In this document: piece by piece, positions 29,068 to 38,045 of the stretch
How positions within the stretch are numbered: the first letter of the stretch is position 1
How the letters are laid out: each line of letters starts with the position of its first letter
Source of the DNA: Paracoccaceae bacterium
GTDB taxonomy: Bacteria; Pseudomonadota; Alphaproteobacteria; Rhodobacterales; Rhodobacteraceae
Direction of reading: 5' to 3'
Length of the DNA stretch: 64,000 bases
Assembly (NCBI GenBank): GCA_030148225.1
Contig: JASBTX010000038.1
Location: 152,434 to 216,433 of the forward strand
Notes under the pieces: model-generated
Told to the model about the DNA's origin: nothing
The model's input: only the letters and a program-made list of their open reading frames with translations
Database searches by the model: none
Made by a program: the position numbers and the translations under genes

Positions 29068-30771
29068 ATGGAAAAAAACCAAATTGAAACCGAAAGGCCG
29101 GCACGGCGTACGGCGGGCTCTGCCGGGTTTTTGGCATTGGGGGCTTTGGCGCTGATAATTGCACTGGCTGCCGGGATCGGACAGATCGCGCGCGGCATGT
29201 TGCTGGCCACGGAAGAGGATATCGATCCGATCATTGCCGGCAGTTCCGAGGATGACATCCCGGCGCTGATGCGCGGCAACCGCCAGAAAGTGACCACCAG
29301 CATGGTCTATCGCGACGAGGAACCGGTACAGAAACCGCCACGCATGTGCGAAATGCCACCGGATTATTTCAATGCCATCAATAGCGCGGAACGCCCCGAG
29401 ATTGGCTATACACGGCGCAATGGTTACGTGCGCCCCTATACCCCCCGGCGGGGCTTTCTGACCGAGCGCGAGATGCGCGCCGCCAAGGTCGCCTGGCATT
29501 ATTTCGAGAAATTCACCCAACCCGATACGGGCCTGGCCAATTCGGTTGGTAATTTCCCCTCGACCACGCTCTGGGACACGGCCTCGTATATTTCCGGGAT
29601 GGTCGCGGCATATGAGCTCTGCCTGATCGAAAAAACCGAGTTTGATGATCGCATCTTTCGCCTGTTAACGACCGTCAAAGGGCTGAAACTCTTCAGAAAA
29701 GAACTGCCAAACAAGGTTTATCACACCAAGACCGGTGCGCAGGTCGACTATACCAACAAGCCCGGTGAAATCGGGTTTTCGGCGCTGGATATCGGGCGGT
29801 TCCTTGTCTGGATGCGTATCCTCAAGAACCGCTATCCCTATCTGGGCAACACGATCGATTCCGTGCTGCTGAAATGGGATTATTCCAATGTGATCGACCC
29901 TCAGGGCCTGCTTGTCGGCGCCTATGTCGACAGCGAAACGAATGAGACGAAATACGCGCAAGAGGGGCGGCTGGGATACGAGGAATATGCCGCCAAGGGC
30001 TTTGCGCTCTGGGGTTTCCGACCGCTTCTCGCGCATCGGGCCGAACCTTTTCTGACAGCCAGTATCTTTGGCGTACAGGTCCCCTATGACGGGCGCGATC
30101 CGCGTATTTTCCATTCGCAGAACTACGTTGTCACCGAATCCTATCTGCTCGACGGGCTCGAGCTGGATTTCGATCTGCCCCATGATGACAGTTCGGGGGA
30201 TCAGGTCCATTCGGATGGCTGGCGCGCCGAGTTTGCCGATCGCATCTACCGTGTCCAGGAGGCGCGCTATCGCAATACCGGCTTTCTGACCGCGCGCTCT
30301 GAACACAACGTCAAAGGGCCGCCATATTTCACCTATGACACCATCTTTTCAGATGGTTATCCGTGGAACACGGTCACACCCCGGGGCGATTACTCTCCCG
30401 ATCATGCGGCCATTGCCTCCAAGGCGGCAATGGGGCTCTGGTCGCTTTGGGATACGCCATATACGCAGCAGCTCTTTGATGCGGTGATCGAGCTTTATAA
30501 CCCTGAAAACGGCATCTACGAGGGGCTCTACGAGCGCGGGCAGGGCAAGATCGAAATCTATACCGCCAATAATAACGGCATCATTCTGGCGGCACTCTTG
30601 CACAAGGTCCAGGGCAAGATCCTGACGCCGCATACCGGCGGGCTCGAGGTCTGGTACACGGCCTTTCGCGATCAGGACGCACGCGAGCGCAAGAACCTGC
30701 CCGATCCGCCATTGCGAGAAGACTGGCTTCCCGCACTCAGACACACGGTCCAAACAGAGGCAGATTTCTGA
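29068..30771 (+). CDS. membrane-anchored DUF3131-like protein (putative glucan-binding/glycoside-hydrolase-like), paralog 1
   Basis: ATG after GGGGAG with an N-terminal TM anchor (FLALGALALIIALAAGIG). Blocks are shared with the 32213..33544 product (A.WHYFE..TQP.TG..NSV..FPSTTLWD; LPNK.Y; DIGRFL; QEGRLGYE.YAA). The DUF3131 assignment is from memory. Confidence 0.6.
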   Translation: MEKNQIETERPARRTAGSAGFLALGALALIIALAAGIGQIARGMLLATEEDIDPIIAGSSEDDIPALMRGNRQKVTTSMVYRDEEPVQKPPRMCEMPPDYFNAINSAERPEIGYTRRNGYVRPYTPRRGFLTEREMRAAKVAWHYFEKFTQPDTGLANSVGNFPSTTLWDTASYISGMVAAYELCLIEKTEFDDRIFRLLTTVKGLKLFRKELPNKVYHTKTGAQVDYTNKPGEIGFSALDIGRFLVWMRILKNRYPYLGNTIDSVLLKWDYSNVIDPQGLLVGAYVDSETNETKYAQEGRLGYEEYAAKGFALWGFRPLLAHRAEPFLTASIFGVQVPYDGRDPRIFHSQNYVVTESYLLDGLELDFDLPHDDSSGDQVHSDGWRAEFADRIYRVQEARYRNTGFLTARSEHNVKGPPYFTYDTIFSDGYPWNTVTPRGDYSPDHAAIASKAAMGLWSLWDTPYTQQLFDAVIELYNPENGIYEGLYERGQGKIEIYTANNNGIILAALLHKVQGKILTPHTGGLEVWYTAFRDQDARERKNLPDPPLREDWLPALRHTVQTEADF

Positions 30772-32141
30772 TGAAACAATTCCTGATCACCACCGCCATC
30801 GCGACCTTGCCCCTGCTTGGTCTGGCACCGTTCACCGCCACGGCCCAGTCGACAACCACCGATTTCAGCCCCGAAAACGCCATCCTCGATACATCGATCC
30901 TCTTTGCTGTCGGCGCGCGCGAGGCGCGTCAGGCATTGCGCAGCGCCTTTGGCTGGGAGATGTTTCAGGAAGGCCTTGTCGAAGGTGTGTATTTTCGTTT
31001 TGATCCAGATGGTTACGCGCGTTTCGCACCGACGCCGCGGCTTGATAGCGACGTCTTCGAGGTTATCTGCCGCCCCCGCACGCGTGTCTGCGAGGCCCGC
31101 AAAGAGGGGCTTGGCGTCTTTCTCGACAGCCGGGGCCGGGTTCAGCTCAGGCTCGAACAATATGTGCCGGGTGACCGCGTCTTCATATCCGAGGGGGTGA
31201 GCGATCTGGAATTGCCCGAGCGCGTGCTTCAGCCGCTGGATGCGCGCTTCGAGGCGCTCTTGTCGACTGGCGGGGAACTGGCGGTGCGGCGCGAGAATGC
31301 GCCCGTCACATCCGCGTCGCTGGTTGGGTTCGCGGCTGTCGTCGCCTATCTGCGCTGGATCAATGCCGGGCAGGACTATACCGTGCTGCCGCGCGACTGG
31401 CCGGTGCCGAACAGCATCGCCGGGGAAACGATCACGCGCACGCCGGAATGGACGTCTTTTACCGGCCGCGACCCCAACCCGGACGGGCGGCAGGTTGCGC
31501 TCGAAGGTGCGCAGGAACTGACCACCGAGATCGAGTTTCTGCGCAAGACGCTCGAGGCGCAGCGCAACGATCAGGAACCCCTGGCTGAGCAGGGGGCCAT
31601 CGCCTTTGATCGCCCATCCGAGCAGATCAGAGAGGGCTTTGTCACCGACAATTCGGCCATGGTCGACCTTGCCTCGCGGGTGACGCGCCTTGAATATGGG
31701 CTGGCTGATCTGCGCACCGAGATCGAGCGCAAGCTGCAATCACTGGAACTGCAGTTGCGGCTGGACGGTCAGGCGGGTGACACCCCTGCCATACCCTCTG
31801 ACGTCCCGATCCCCGATAATACGGATAAGGCGGTTCCCGCGCTCTCCGCCGCCGAAACCGTGCTTGGCTCGGCACCCGCCGAATTGTCACAGCTGGCGGC
31901 ACTTATGGAGATGTTGCAGCAGAACAATGACGTGAGCGACAGCATCATCCCGGTATCGCCCGCGAAGGACGCGATGAACGACCGGATATCGGAACGCTTG
32001 CTCTCGATCATCCTCGAAGAACTGGATCAGCCGCTGGGTGCTGCCCCGGCTGAGGCGCAACCCGCGCAGAATATTGTACCGCGCAACAGCGACTACCAGA
32101 AACTTTCCGACTATCTGAGCGGCCTGACCCAAGGGCAATGA
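30771..32141 (+). CDS. secreted hypothetical protein with coiled-coil segment
   Basis: The start overlaps the upstream stop (TGATG). It has a signal peptide (MKQFLITTAIATLPLLGLAPFTATAQS) and a central heptad-like region (VTRLEYGLADLRTEIERKLQSLELQLRL). No family recognised. Confidence 0.6.
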   Translation: MKQFLITTAIATLPLLGLAPFTATAQSTTTDFSPENAILDTSILFAVGAREARQALRSAFGWEMFQEGLVEGVYFRFDPDGYARFAPTPRLDSDVFEVICRPRTRVCEARKEGLGVFLDSRGRVQLRLEQYVPGDRVFISEGVSDLELPERVLQPLDARFEALLSTGGELAVRRENAPVTSASLVGFAAVVAYLRWINAGQDYTVLPRDWPVPNSIAGETITRTPEWTSFTGRDPNPDGRQVALEGAQELTTEIEFLRKTLEAQRNDQEPLAEQGAIAFDRPSEQIREGFVTDNSAMVDLASRVTRLEYGLADLRTEIERKLQSLELQLRLDGQAGDTPAIPSDVPIPDNTDKAVPALSAAETVLGSAPAELSQLAALMEMLQQNNDVSDSIIPVSPAKDAMNDRISERLLSIILEELDQPLGAAPAEAQPAQNIVPRNSDYQKLSDYLSGLTQGQ

Positions 32142-32212
32142 GGCCCGGTTTTTTGCAATTCCCCACCCCGGCATGAAGGCAGGCTTTGCACACGGGCCGG
32201 ACCGTCGGCACC

Positions 32213-33544
32213 TCAGTTCTCGGTTTGGTTGCTATTCCGGGTTCTGCGCTTCAGAAACGGACCGAACTGGCGATAATGCAGCGCCTCGAGGATGACGGCG
32301 TTTGTATTCAGGCTGAGCGCCGCGTTGATCTGCCCGTCAGCCTCGTAGATACCGCCCGCCCAGCCACGCGCCGGGTTCTCCAGCGGCGCGATTTCGGCCA
32401 TCAACCGGGTGGTATAGGCGGTCGACAGTAGCGCATGCCAGGCAAATACCGATTTCGTGCTCAATGTCCTGAGCCCGGGATAAAGGGTGCCGACCTCATC
32501 GATCACGGCCCAGTCCTGCCCGTTGGCAAAGACCGAACTATAGAGGAAATAGGGTGCCCGGTCGATGTGGTCTTCCGACACCATCAGGGCGCGCCCTGTC
32601 CTCTCTCCCTCTGCCGCCTGTGCCTCGTAAATTCGCATGGCGGGCAGGCTCATCTCGGTCCCGGCGCCGAATTCCAGCAGCGACAGCACATATGGCTCGC
32701 TCAATATGGGTGTGATCGCGCCGAAATCGGCGTAACGACGCCGATCCGTGGCGACCTCGCGCCCCGAAATGCGGCGCCACCGGATCTTGTCTGCTGCCCG
32801 GATCGCCTGGCTGGTATCGATCCCGTAAAGCGACAGCGCGCGCGCGGCATATTGCTCATAGCCGAGCCGCCCTTCCTGCAGGCGGCGCCACGTGCCGTCC
32901 TCGCGCGCGGCACCCATCAGATCGCCGTCGCGGACAAGATCATCCAGCACCCATGCATCTGTGACGGCGGCGATCTCGGCGGCCAGTTCCGGTGCCTGCC
33001 GCCCAAGCGCCGACAGTGCGGCCAGAAACCGTCCGATATCCAGCACCGACCAGCCGATCCCGTCCGCGGCCGCGTTGTTCAGATAGTCCGTCTGGGTAAG
33101 GGTCAGCGTGTTATAGGCCTTGTTCGGCAGCCGCCCTTCAAAAAGCGGCAATGCCGCCGTGCTGCGCAGGAATTGCCGCGCCCTGTCCAGAAACGCCGCG
33201 TCGCCGATCAGGTCCAGTCTGCGCGCGGCGATGAGCGCAAAGACATAGGCCCCCTGATCCCAGAGTGTCGAGGATGGAAACCCGTCCACCGCGTTTACCC
33301 AGCCGGTTTCGGGCTGGGTGTTGCGCTCGATATACCGCCAGGCCGTTCTGGCGGCGCGCAATTCGTTGGCGGTCAGCGGGCGCTGCACCAGAGCGGCGAA
33401 ATCGCGGGTCGCCTCGGCGTAGCCATCCAGTTCAGAGATGCGCGAGAGCGGCCGGGACACGGCGGTATCCAACCCCAGAGCAAGGCCCGCCGCGCCGACG
33501 AGACCCGCCAAAAATATCAGGTTTGACACGTATTTCGGGCGCAT
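32213..33544 (-). CDS. DUF3131-like protein, paralog 2 (signal/anchor plus periplasmic domain)
   Basis: ATG 33544 is preceded by AGAGGGA and lies 4 nt after the GT2 stop. N-terminus MRPKYVSNLIFLAGLVGAAGLALG. It is clearly paralogous to the 29068..30771 product. Confidence 0.65.
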   Translation of the reverse strand: MRPKYVSNLIFLAGLVGAAGLALGLDTAVSRPLSRISELDGYAEATRDFAALVQRPLTANELRAARTAWRYIERNTQPETGWVNAVDGFPSSTLWDQGAYVFALIAARRLDLIGDAAFLDRARQFLRSTAALPLFEGRLPNKAYNTLTLTQTDYLNNAAADGIGWSVLDIGRFLAALSALGRQAPELAAEIAAVTDAWVLDDLVRDGDLMGAAREDGTWRRLQEGRLGYEQYAARALSLYGIDTSQAIRAADKIRWRRISGREVATDRRRYADFGAITPILSEPYVLSLLEFGAGTEMSLPAMRIYEAQAAEGERTGRALMVSEDHIDRAPYFLYSSVFANGQDWAVIDEVGTLYPGLRTLSTKSVFAWHALLSTAYTTRLMAEIAPLENPARGWAGGIYEADGQINAALSLNTNAVILEALHYRQFGPFLKRRTRNSNQTEN

Positions 33545-33548
33545 GGCG

Positions 33549-35261
33549 TTATCCCTCTGTCGCATGAGCAGTGCAGGCACCCACCCCGTGCGGCGGGCGC
33601 CAGAATCCGGCAAGGATCGGGGCGGCCAGCGCATAGCTGTTCCAACCGATCCAGAATGTATTGACCAAGACCAGCGTCGCATCCAGCGTGCCGGGCCAGA
33701 GCCAGAGACGAAGCAACGCCCAGATCACGGCGGCAAATCCGGCGCCGATCAGGGCCAGATGCAGCCGGCAATAGCGGAGCGACGCGGCCCCGCCGGGGGT
33801 TTTCGGTGTCGGTGCAAAACGGATCTCGCGCCCCCGCAGAACCAGCCAGAGCGCGCGCAGATTGATCTGAAGTGCAGCCAGGTTCTGGCGGGTACCATAG
33901 GTCGGATCATGGCCCCAGCAGCCGACGATCAGCGCCAGCTCATTGACCACCAGCAGCGGAATGAGCCGCATAAAAAACTCGGTCGAATAGGCGGAAACCG
34001 GGGCGATACCCGTCACCAGCGTCAAGATCGGCGCAAGAAGGAGCACCAGCACCCAGACAATCGAGAGATATGAGGAGAACGTGGCCAGATAATGCAGCTT
34101 GATCCGCCAAGGCATGGTGCGGCACATCAGCAGGTTGTGGCGCAGCATGATATCGAATGTGCCACCGGCATATTTAAGCTTTTGCCCGGCCCAGGCACGC
34201 AGGCTCCATGGTGAGAGCATCCTGCACTCGATCCGGGGGTGATAGACCGACCGCCAGTGCCGCGACGATGCGCCATGCAGCCGGATCGAGGTCAGGATAT
34301 CCTCGGATACATGATAGCAAAACGGGCGGAGATCCGCGGCCTGCGAAGCTGAACTGCCGGCATATTTGCGTGTGGCAAGCGCGGCCTCGAAAAGCGCCTC
34401 CGTTCGGTGCAGAGAGCCCGCGCCGCAGCAAAACGAGGCACCGTTGCGGTTGCGCCGTCGCTGGATGATGTCGAAAAACAACCCGGGATCGGCCTGAAAC
34501 GGATCGGCCCGGCCAGACAGCCATTGGCGAAACGATGTCCGCCGCCCGGGTTCGGGAATGTCGTAAAACCAGTGCGGCGTCTGAACCCATGCCACGCGCG
34601 CATCGCGGAAATAGCCCAATGTATTTTGCAGGAAAGCCGGGAAAAGCCGGGTGTCAGCATCGCAGATCACCGCGAAATCGGCGTCCGAGTGAAAGAGACC
34701 ATTCTTGAGATTCCCGGCCTTGAAACCGGTATTCTGCCGCCGCGCGACATAGCCTGCGCCCTCCTGTCGGGCGATCTCGGCCATCGCGGGGCGGGCGCCA
34801 TCATCGAGCACTGTGATGCGCAGGGCCGTGCCCGCAGGCGGGCGGACAGCCGCCGCATCCCGGATACTGAGGCGCACGAGTTCCGGGCTCTCGTCAAAGG
34901 TGGCGATGAAAATCTCCACCCGGACAGGCCCATCGCCTGCCAGATGCAGATCGGCGCGCTGCGCGGGCGGGGCTGGCGCGGGCGTGTCCGCGCTTGCCCA
35001 GATGTCGTGAAAAAAGAGCAGCGTTGCCAGATAGGCCATGGTCTCGGCGCTGAGCACGATCACCGAAAAGATCGGTGCCTCGGGGTTGATCGAGGCCGTC
35101 CAGCGCCAGCCAAGATACCACGCGCCAAGCCCGATGGTCAGCGCGGCCAGGAACTGCCAGAGCGCCTCGCGCAGGGGGCTTTCTGCCACCGGTTCGGGGG
35201 GGCAGCGATCCTCGTAAGCGTCAAAGTAGAATGCGGGCATGCGGGCCTGACTATCCGGCAC
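33549..35261 (-). CDS. processive family-2 glycosyltransferase, cellulose/curdlan-synthase-like, no PilZ domain
   Basis: Multi-TM protein with GT2 blocks: VLDDGAR, ICDADTRL, FCCGAGSLHRTEAL, SEDILTSIRLH, and QKLKYAGG where QxxRW is expected. Start is GTG 35261 or ATG 35240. Confidence 0.8.
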   Translation of the reverse strand: MPDSQARMPAFYFDAYEDRCPPEPVAESPLREALWQFLAALTIGLGAWYLGWRWTASINPEAPIFSVIVLSAETMAYLATLLFFHDIWASADTPAPAPPAQRADLHLAGDGPVRVEIFIATFDESPELVRLSIRDAAAVRPPAGTALRITVLDDGARPAMAEIARQEGAGYVARRQNTGFKAGNLKNGLFHSDADFAVICDADTRLFPAFLQNTLGYFRDARVAWVQTPHWFYDIPEPGRRTSFRQWLSGRADPFQADPGLFFDIIQRRRNRNGASFCCGAGSLHRTEALFEAALATRKYAGSSASQAADLRPFCYHVSEDILTSIRLHGASSRHWRSVYHPRIECRMLSPWSLRAWAGQKLKYAGGTFDIMLRHNLLMCRTMPWRIKLHYLATFSSYLSIVWVLVLLLAPILTLVTGIAPVSAYSTEFFMRLIPLLVVNELALIVGCWGHDPTYGTRQNLAALQINLRALWLVLRGREIRFAPTPKTPGGAASLRYCRLHLALIGAGFAAVIWALLRLWLWPGTLDATLVLVNTFWIGWNSYALAAPILAGFWRPPHGVGACTAHATEG

Positions 35262-36729
35262 GCAAGAGGGCAGGGGTGACAGCGATATCTTGCGGTGCGG
35301 GCGCGGTGCGTGGGCCTTGGGCGGTGGTCAGCGCCGTCTCTTCGGTTGCGGGTACGGCGGGGTAGATGCCCGAAATGCTCCAGTCATTGCTGATGATCTG
35401 ATCACAGTGTATCGCGCCCGTCTCGATTGCCGTGCCGGGCAGGATCACGCTTGCCCTGATCGAGCTGCGGGCGGGAATGGTTGTATTCGCTCCGATCACC
35501 ACGGGCCCGGTGATGTGGGCGCCGGGTGCGATATCGACACCTTCGCCCACCCAGATCGGCCCGTGAAAATTGCGCCGTTTCCCGATCAGGGTCAGCCGCG
35601 CCGCGCCGGGGCCGACAAATGCCGTCTGGCCGGGCGGCACCGCGCGCAGTGCGGCGATGTTTTCACGAAAGAAATCAAGGGGAGTGCCGATATCCCGCCA
35701 GTCGAAACCGGCGCTCCAGACGCAGATTTTGCCGCCTTGGGCCATCACCGCCGGAATGAGGTCACGGGCGATATCCTGCCCGGCGGCGGGGCCGATCGCG
35801 TTCAGCACCCCAGGCGACATCACATAGACCCCGATATTGGCCAGCCGCGAGCGGGCCTCTGCCGGGTCCGGCTTTTCCTGAAATCCCGTGACGGTGCCGC
35901 AAGGCGTGGCGGCGATGATCCCGTATTTCGACACGTCGCATTCCGCCACCTCCCGCGCGGCGATGGTGATCTCTGCCCCGCTTGCCTGATGTGCATCCAT
36001 GAGGGCGGCAAGGTCAGGATCGACCAGCGCATCGCCGCAAAAGACGAAGAACGGCGCGTCGAAACAGCTGAGCGCGGATTGCATCCGGCGAAGTGTCGAG
36101 GCCGAGCCCAGCGGTTCGTCAATCCATTCCCCGTCCCGATAGGCACCCTCGTTGAGATATGTCATGCGGATGTTCTGCCCGCGCCCGCTGCCGAAATAGT
36201 CGTGGATCTGCGGGCCCAGATAGCCCGGATTGGTCAGGATATCGCGCACACCGAACCGGGCCAGATGATCCAGCTGGTGATGCAGGATCGGGCGGCCAAG
36301 GATGGGCAGCATCGGTTTGGGATAACGAAGCGTCAGGGGGCGGCACCGCGTTCCCTTGCCCGCCGCCAACAGCACCGCCCGCCGCCCCGCCAGCCGGTGA
36401 CGACGGCCCCAAGGTGAGGTCAGCGCAGCCGATTTGGTGGCAAAATACCGAAGGCTCTCTATCAGCTCTGACCGTCTGAGCCGGTCTGCCACGCCGTCGC
36501 GGGCACCGAAAAAACCGGTCTGGGGGCGGCTGGCATGCAACTCAGCCAGCGCCGCCAGCCCGCCAAAGTTTATTGTGCGCACGCCCGACAGATCCAGAAG
36601 CGCCGCGCGCTGCCCGACATCGTACTCCGAAAGCGCGTTCTGCAATTCGCTCAGGGCATTGGCGCGCAGCATACGGGCGCTGACGCGGAATACGGCCAGA
36701 TCGCCATATCGTTCGATTTGGGTCATCAT
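35251..36729 (-). CDS. STAS domain fused to an NDP-sugar pyrophosphorylase with C-terminal left-handed beta-helix
   Basis: The start ATGATG overlaps the upstream stop (ATGA). Residues 1-~105 have an anti-sigma-antagonist-like layout. This is followed by LLAAGKGTRCRPLTLRYPKPMLPI (GxGTRxxPLT motif) and hexapeptide-like repeats near the C-terminus. The 95-codon upstream extension in the track is antisense-overlap noise. Confidence 0.75.
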   Translation of the reverse strand: MMTQIERYGDLAVFRVSARMLRANALSELQNALSEYDVGQRAALLDLSGVRTINFGGLAALAELHASRPQTGFFGARDGVADRLRRSELIESLRYFATKSAALTSPWGRRHRLAGRRAVLLAAGKGTRCRPLTLRYPKPMLPILGRPILHHQLDHLARFGVRDILTNPGYLGPQIHDYFGSGRGQNIRMTYLNEGAYRDGEWIDEPLGSASTLRRMQSALSCFDAPFFVFCGDALVDPDLAALMDAHQASGAEITIAAREVAECDVSKYGIIAATPCGTVTGFQEKPDPAEARSRLANIGVYVMSPGVLNAIGPAAGQDIARDLIPAVMAQGGKICVWSAGFDWRDIGTPLDFFRENIAALRAVPPGQTAFVGPGAARLTLIGKRRNFHGPIWVGEGVDIAPGAHITGPVVIGANTTIPARSSIRASVILPGTAIETGAIHCDQIISNDWSISGIYPAVPATEETALTTAQGPRTAPAPQDIAVTPALLRAG

Positions 36730-37883
36730 GGTTTGGGGCTCCGGATTGTTGGACGGCGATAGGGGATCAGGCGACCGGGATCGAACCGGGGGCGGGGGCC
36801 CAGACCGATGGTCCATGCCATCGTCGGCCAGCGCCCGATCAACCAGACAAATCCCGATGTCGCCAGCAGCACGAAAACGATCTTGGTCAGTACGAATGGC
36901 CCGGGGTGCAGCGCCAGCCCGGCCAGTCCGATTTCGGCCAGATCCATGAAAACCGGATGCGTGAGGTAGATGCCGAAACTGTAGGGCGCGAGCCGCGACA
37001 GCAGCACAGGCCATTTCCTGTCCGCCAGCAAAAGGCAGATCAGGAACAGGATCACCGGCATGATGAAATCGGCCCAGTAGGCGGGCGTGTAGTTATATTG
37101 CCAGTCACCCGCCAGTGCGACGCGGTAGGTATAGATGAGCTTGATCAGAAAGAGGCCAAGGCCAAGATAGATCACGACGCTGACCCATTGTCTGGCAACC
37201 GCGCCGGTGGGCCGCATCCGGTAAAGCCCCAGACAGGCACCCGCCGCCATGCCATAGCCCAGATAGGTAAAAAGTTTGATCCCTCGTACGAGGTAGTCAA
37301 AGCCGTCAAGCCACTGAAGTTCCGACCAGATAAACAGATCGGCCTCGCGCTTGATCAGCAGGCTGGGGATCAGGATCAGCCCCAGCCATGGATTGGCTAC
37401 CGCCAGCCGGAAGAGCGGATAGGCCAGCACCAGAGCAAAGAGGGTCGGGATGAAGTGCATGTGATATTTCACGGCCCCCAGCAGCAGATATTCCGCCCAC
37501 GCGGCGGGGCTGCGCATCTCGGCGATGGCCGAGGGCAGATAGCCAAAGCTCGTTGCCTTGATCAGGTTCCAGAACGCAAAGAACAGAGTCCAGAAGAGAA
37601 ACGGCACCAAAAGCCGCGCCGCCTGTTCGCGAATGATTTCACCATAGCTGCGCGGACGCCGGTCGAGCGCCATCAGCAACAGAAAGAGCGATATGATGAT
37701 GAAAAGCTCGGTCCGCGCGGTATAGACCACGACCCGGATCAGCAGGGGGACCAGACGCTCGGACGGGGTGGCATCGGGGAAGGGCTGGCCGGTCGGGTCG
37801 GCGGTGGCATGCAGCCCCACCATCGACACGCCCGCAATCAGGCGCAGGGCATCCAGCCAGATCAATCTCGAATGTTCGCGCAC
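36726..37883 (-). CDS. acyltransferase-3 family membrane protein (OpgC/OafA-like O-acyl/succinyl transferase)
   Basis: About 10 TM helices, N-terminal RLIWLDALRLIAGVSMVGLH and C-terminal SFGIYLTHP. GTG 37883 is preceded by GGAGG with a 5 nt spacer. The track start (TTG 37958) is less likely. Confidence 0.75.
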   Translation of the reverse strand: MREHSRLIWLDALRLIAGVSMVGLHATADPTGQPFPDATPSERLVPLLIRVVVYTARTELFIIISLFLLLMALDRRPRSYGEIIREQAARLLVPFLFWTLFFAFWNLIKATSFGYLPSAIAEMRSPAAWAEYLLLGAVKYHMHFIPTLFALVLAYPLFRLAVANPWLGLILIPSLLIKREADLFIWSELQWLDGFDYLVRGIKLFTYLGYGMAAGACLGLYRMRPTGAVARQWVSVVIYLGLGLFLIKLIYTYRVALAGDWQYNYTPAYWADFIMPVILFLICLLLADRKWPVLLSRLAPYSFGIYLTHPVFMDLAEIGLAGLALHPGPFVLTKIVFVLLATSGFVWLIGRWPTMAWTIGLGPRPRFDPGRLIPYRRPTIRSPKP

Positions 37884-38045
37884 CGCCGCCTCCGTCGTTG
37901 TCACGACTAGGGACGGCAAAGTCAAAAAATTGGTTAACCGGGGCGGCGTTTTGCACAAGAAAATTTTTATCCACCGGCGCGGGCTGCTTTTACGAATTCT
38001 TATCGCCTTCCGGCGCAGTCTTGCCGCAGATCAAAGGAGGTGGTG

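Noticed and set aside
36730-37014. 95-codon upstream extension of the STAS-pyrophosphorylase ORF (the cysH ORF has a similar extension to 10255, and the lipoprotein ORF one to 48838)
   Set aside because: These extensions overlap the 3' ends of well-supported upstream genes in another frame and are Arg/Pro/Gly-rich. The internal ATGs form ATGA/TGATG junctions or have good SDs.
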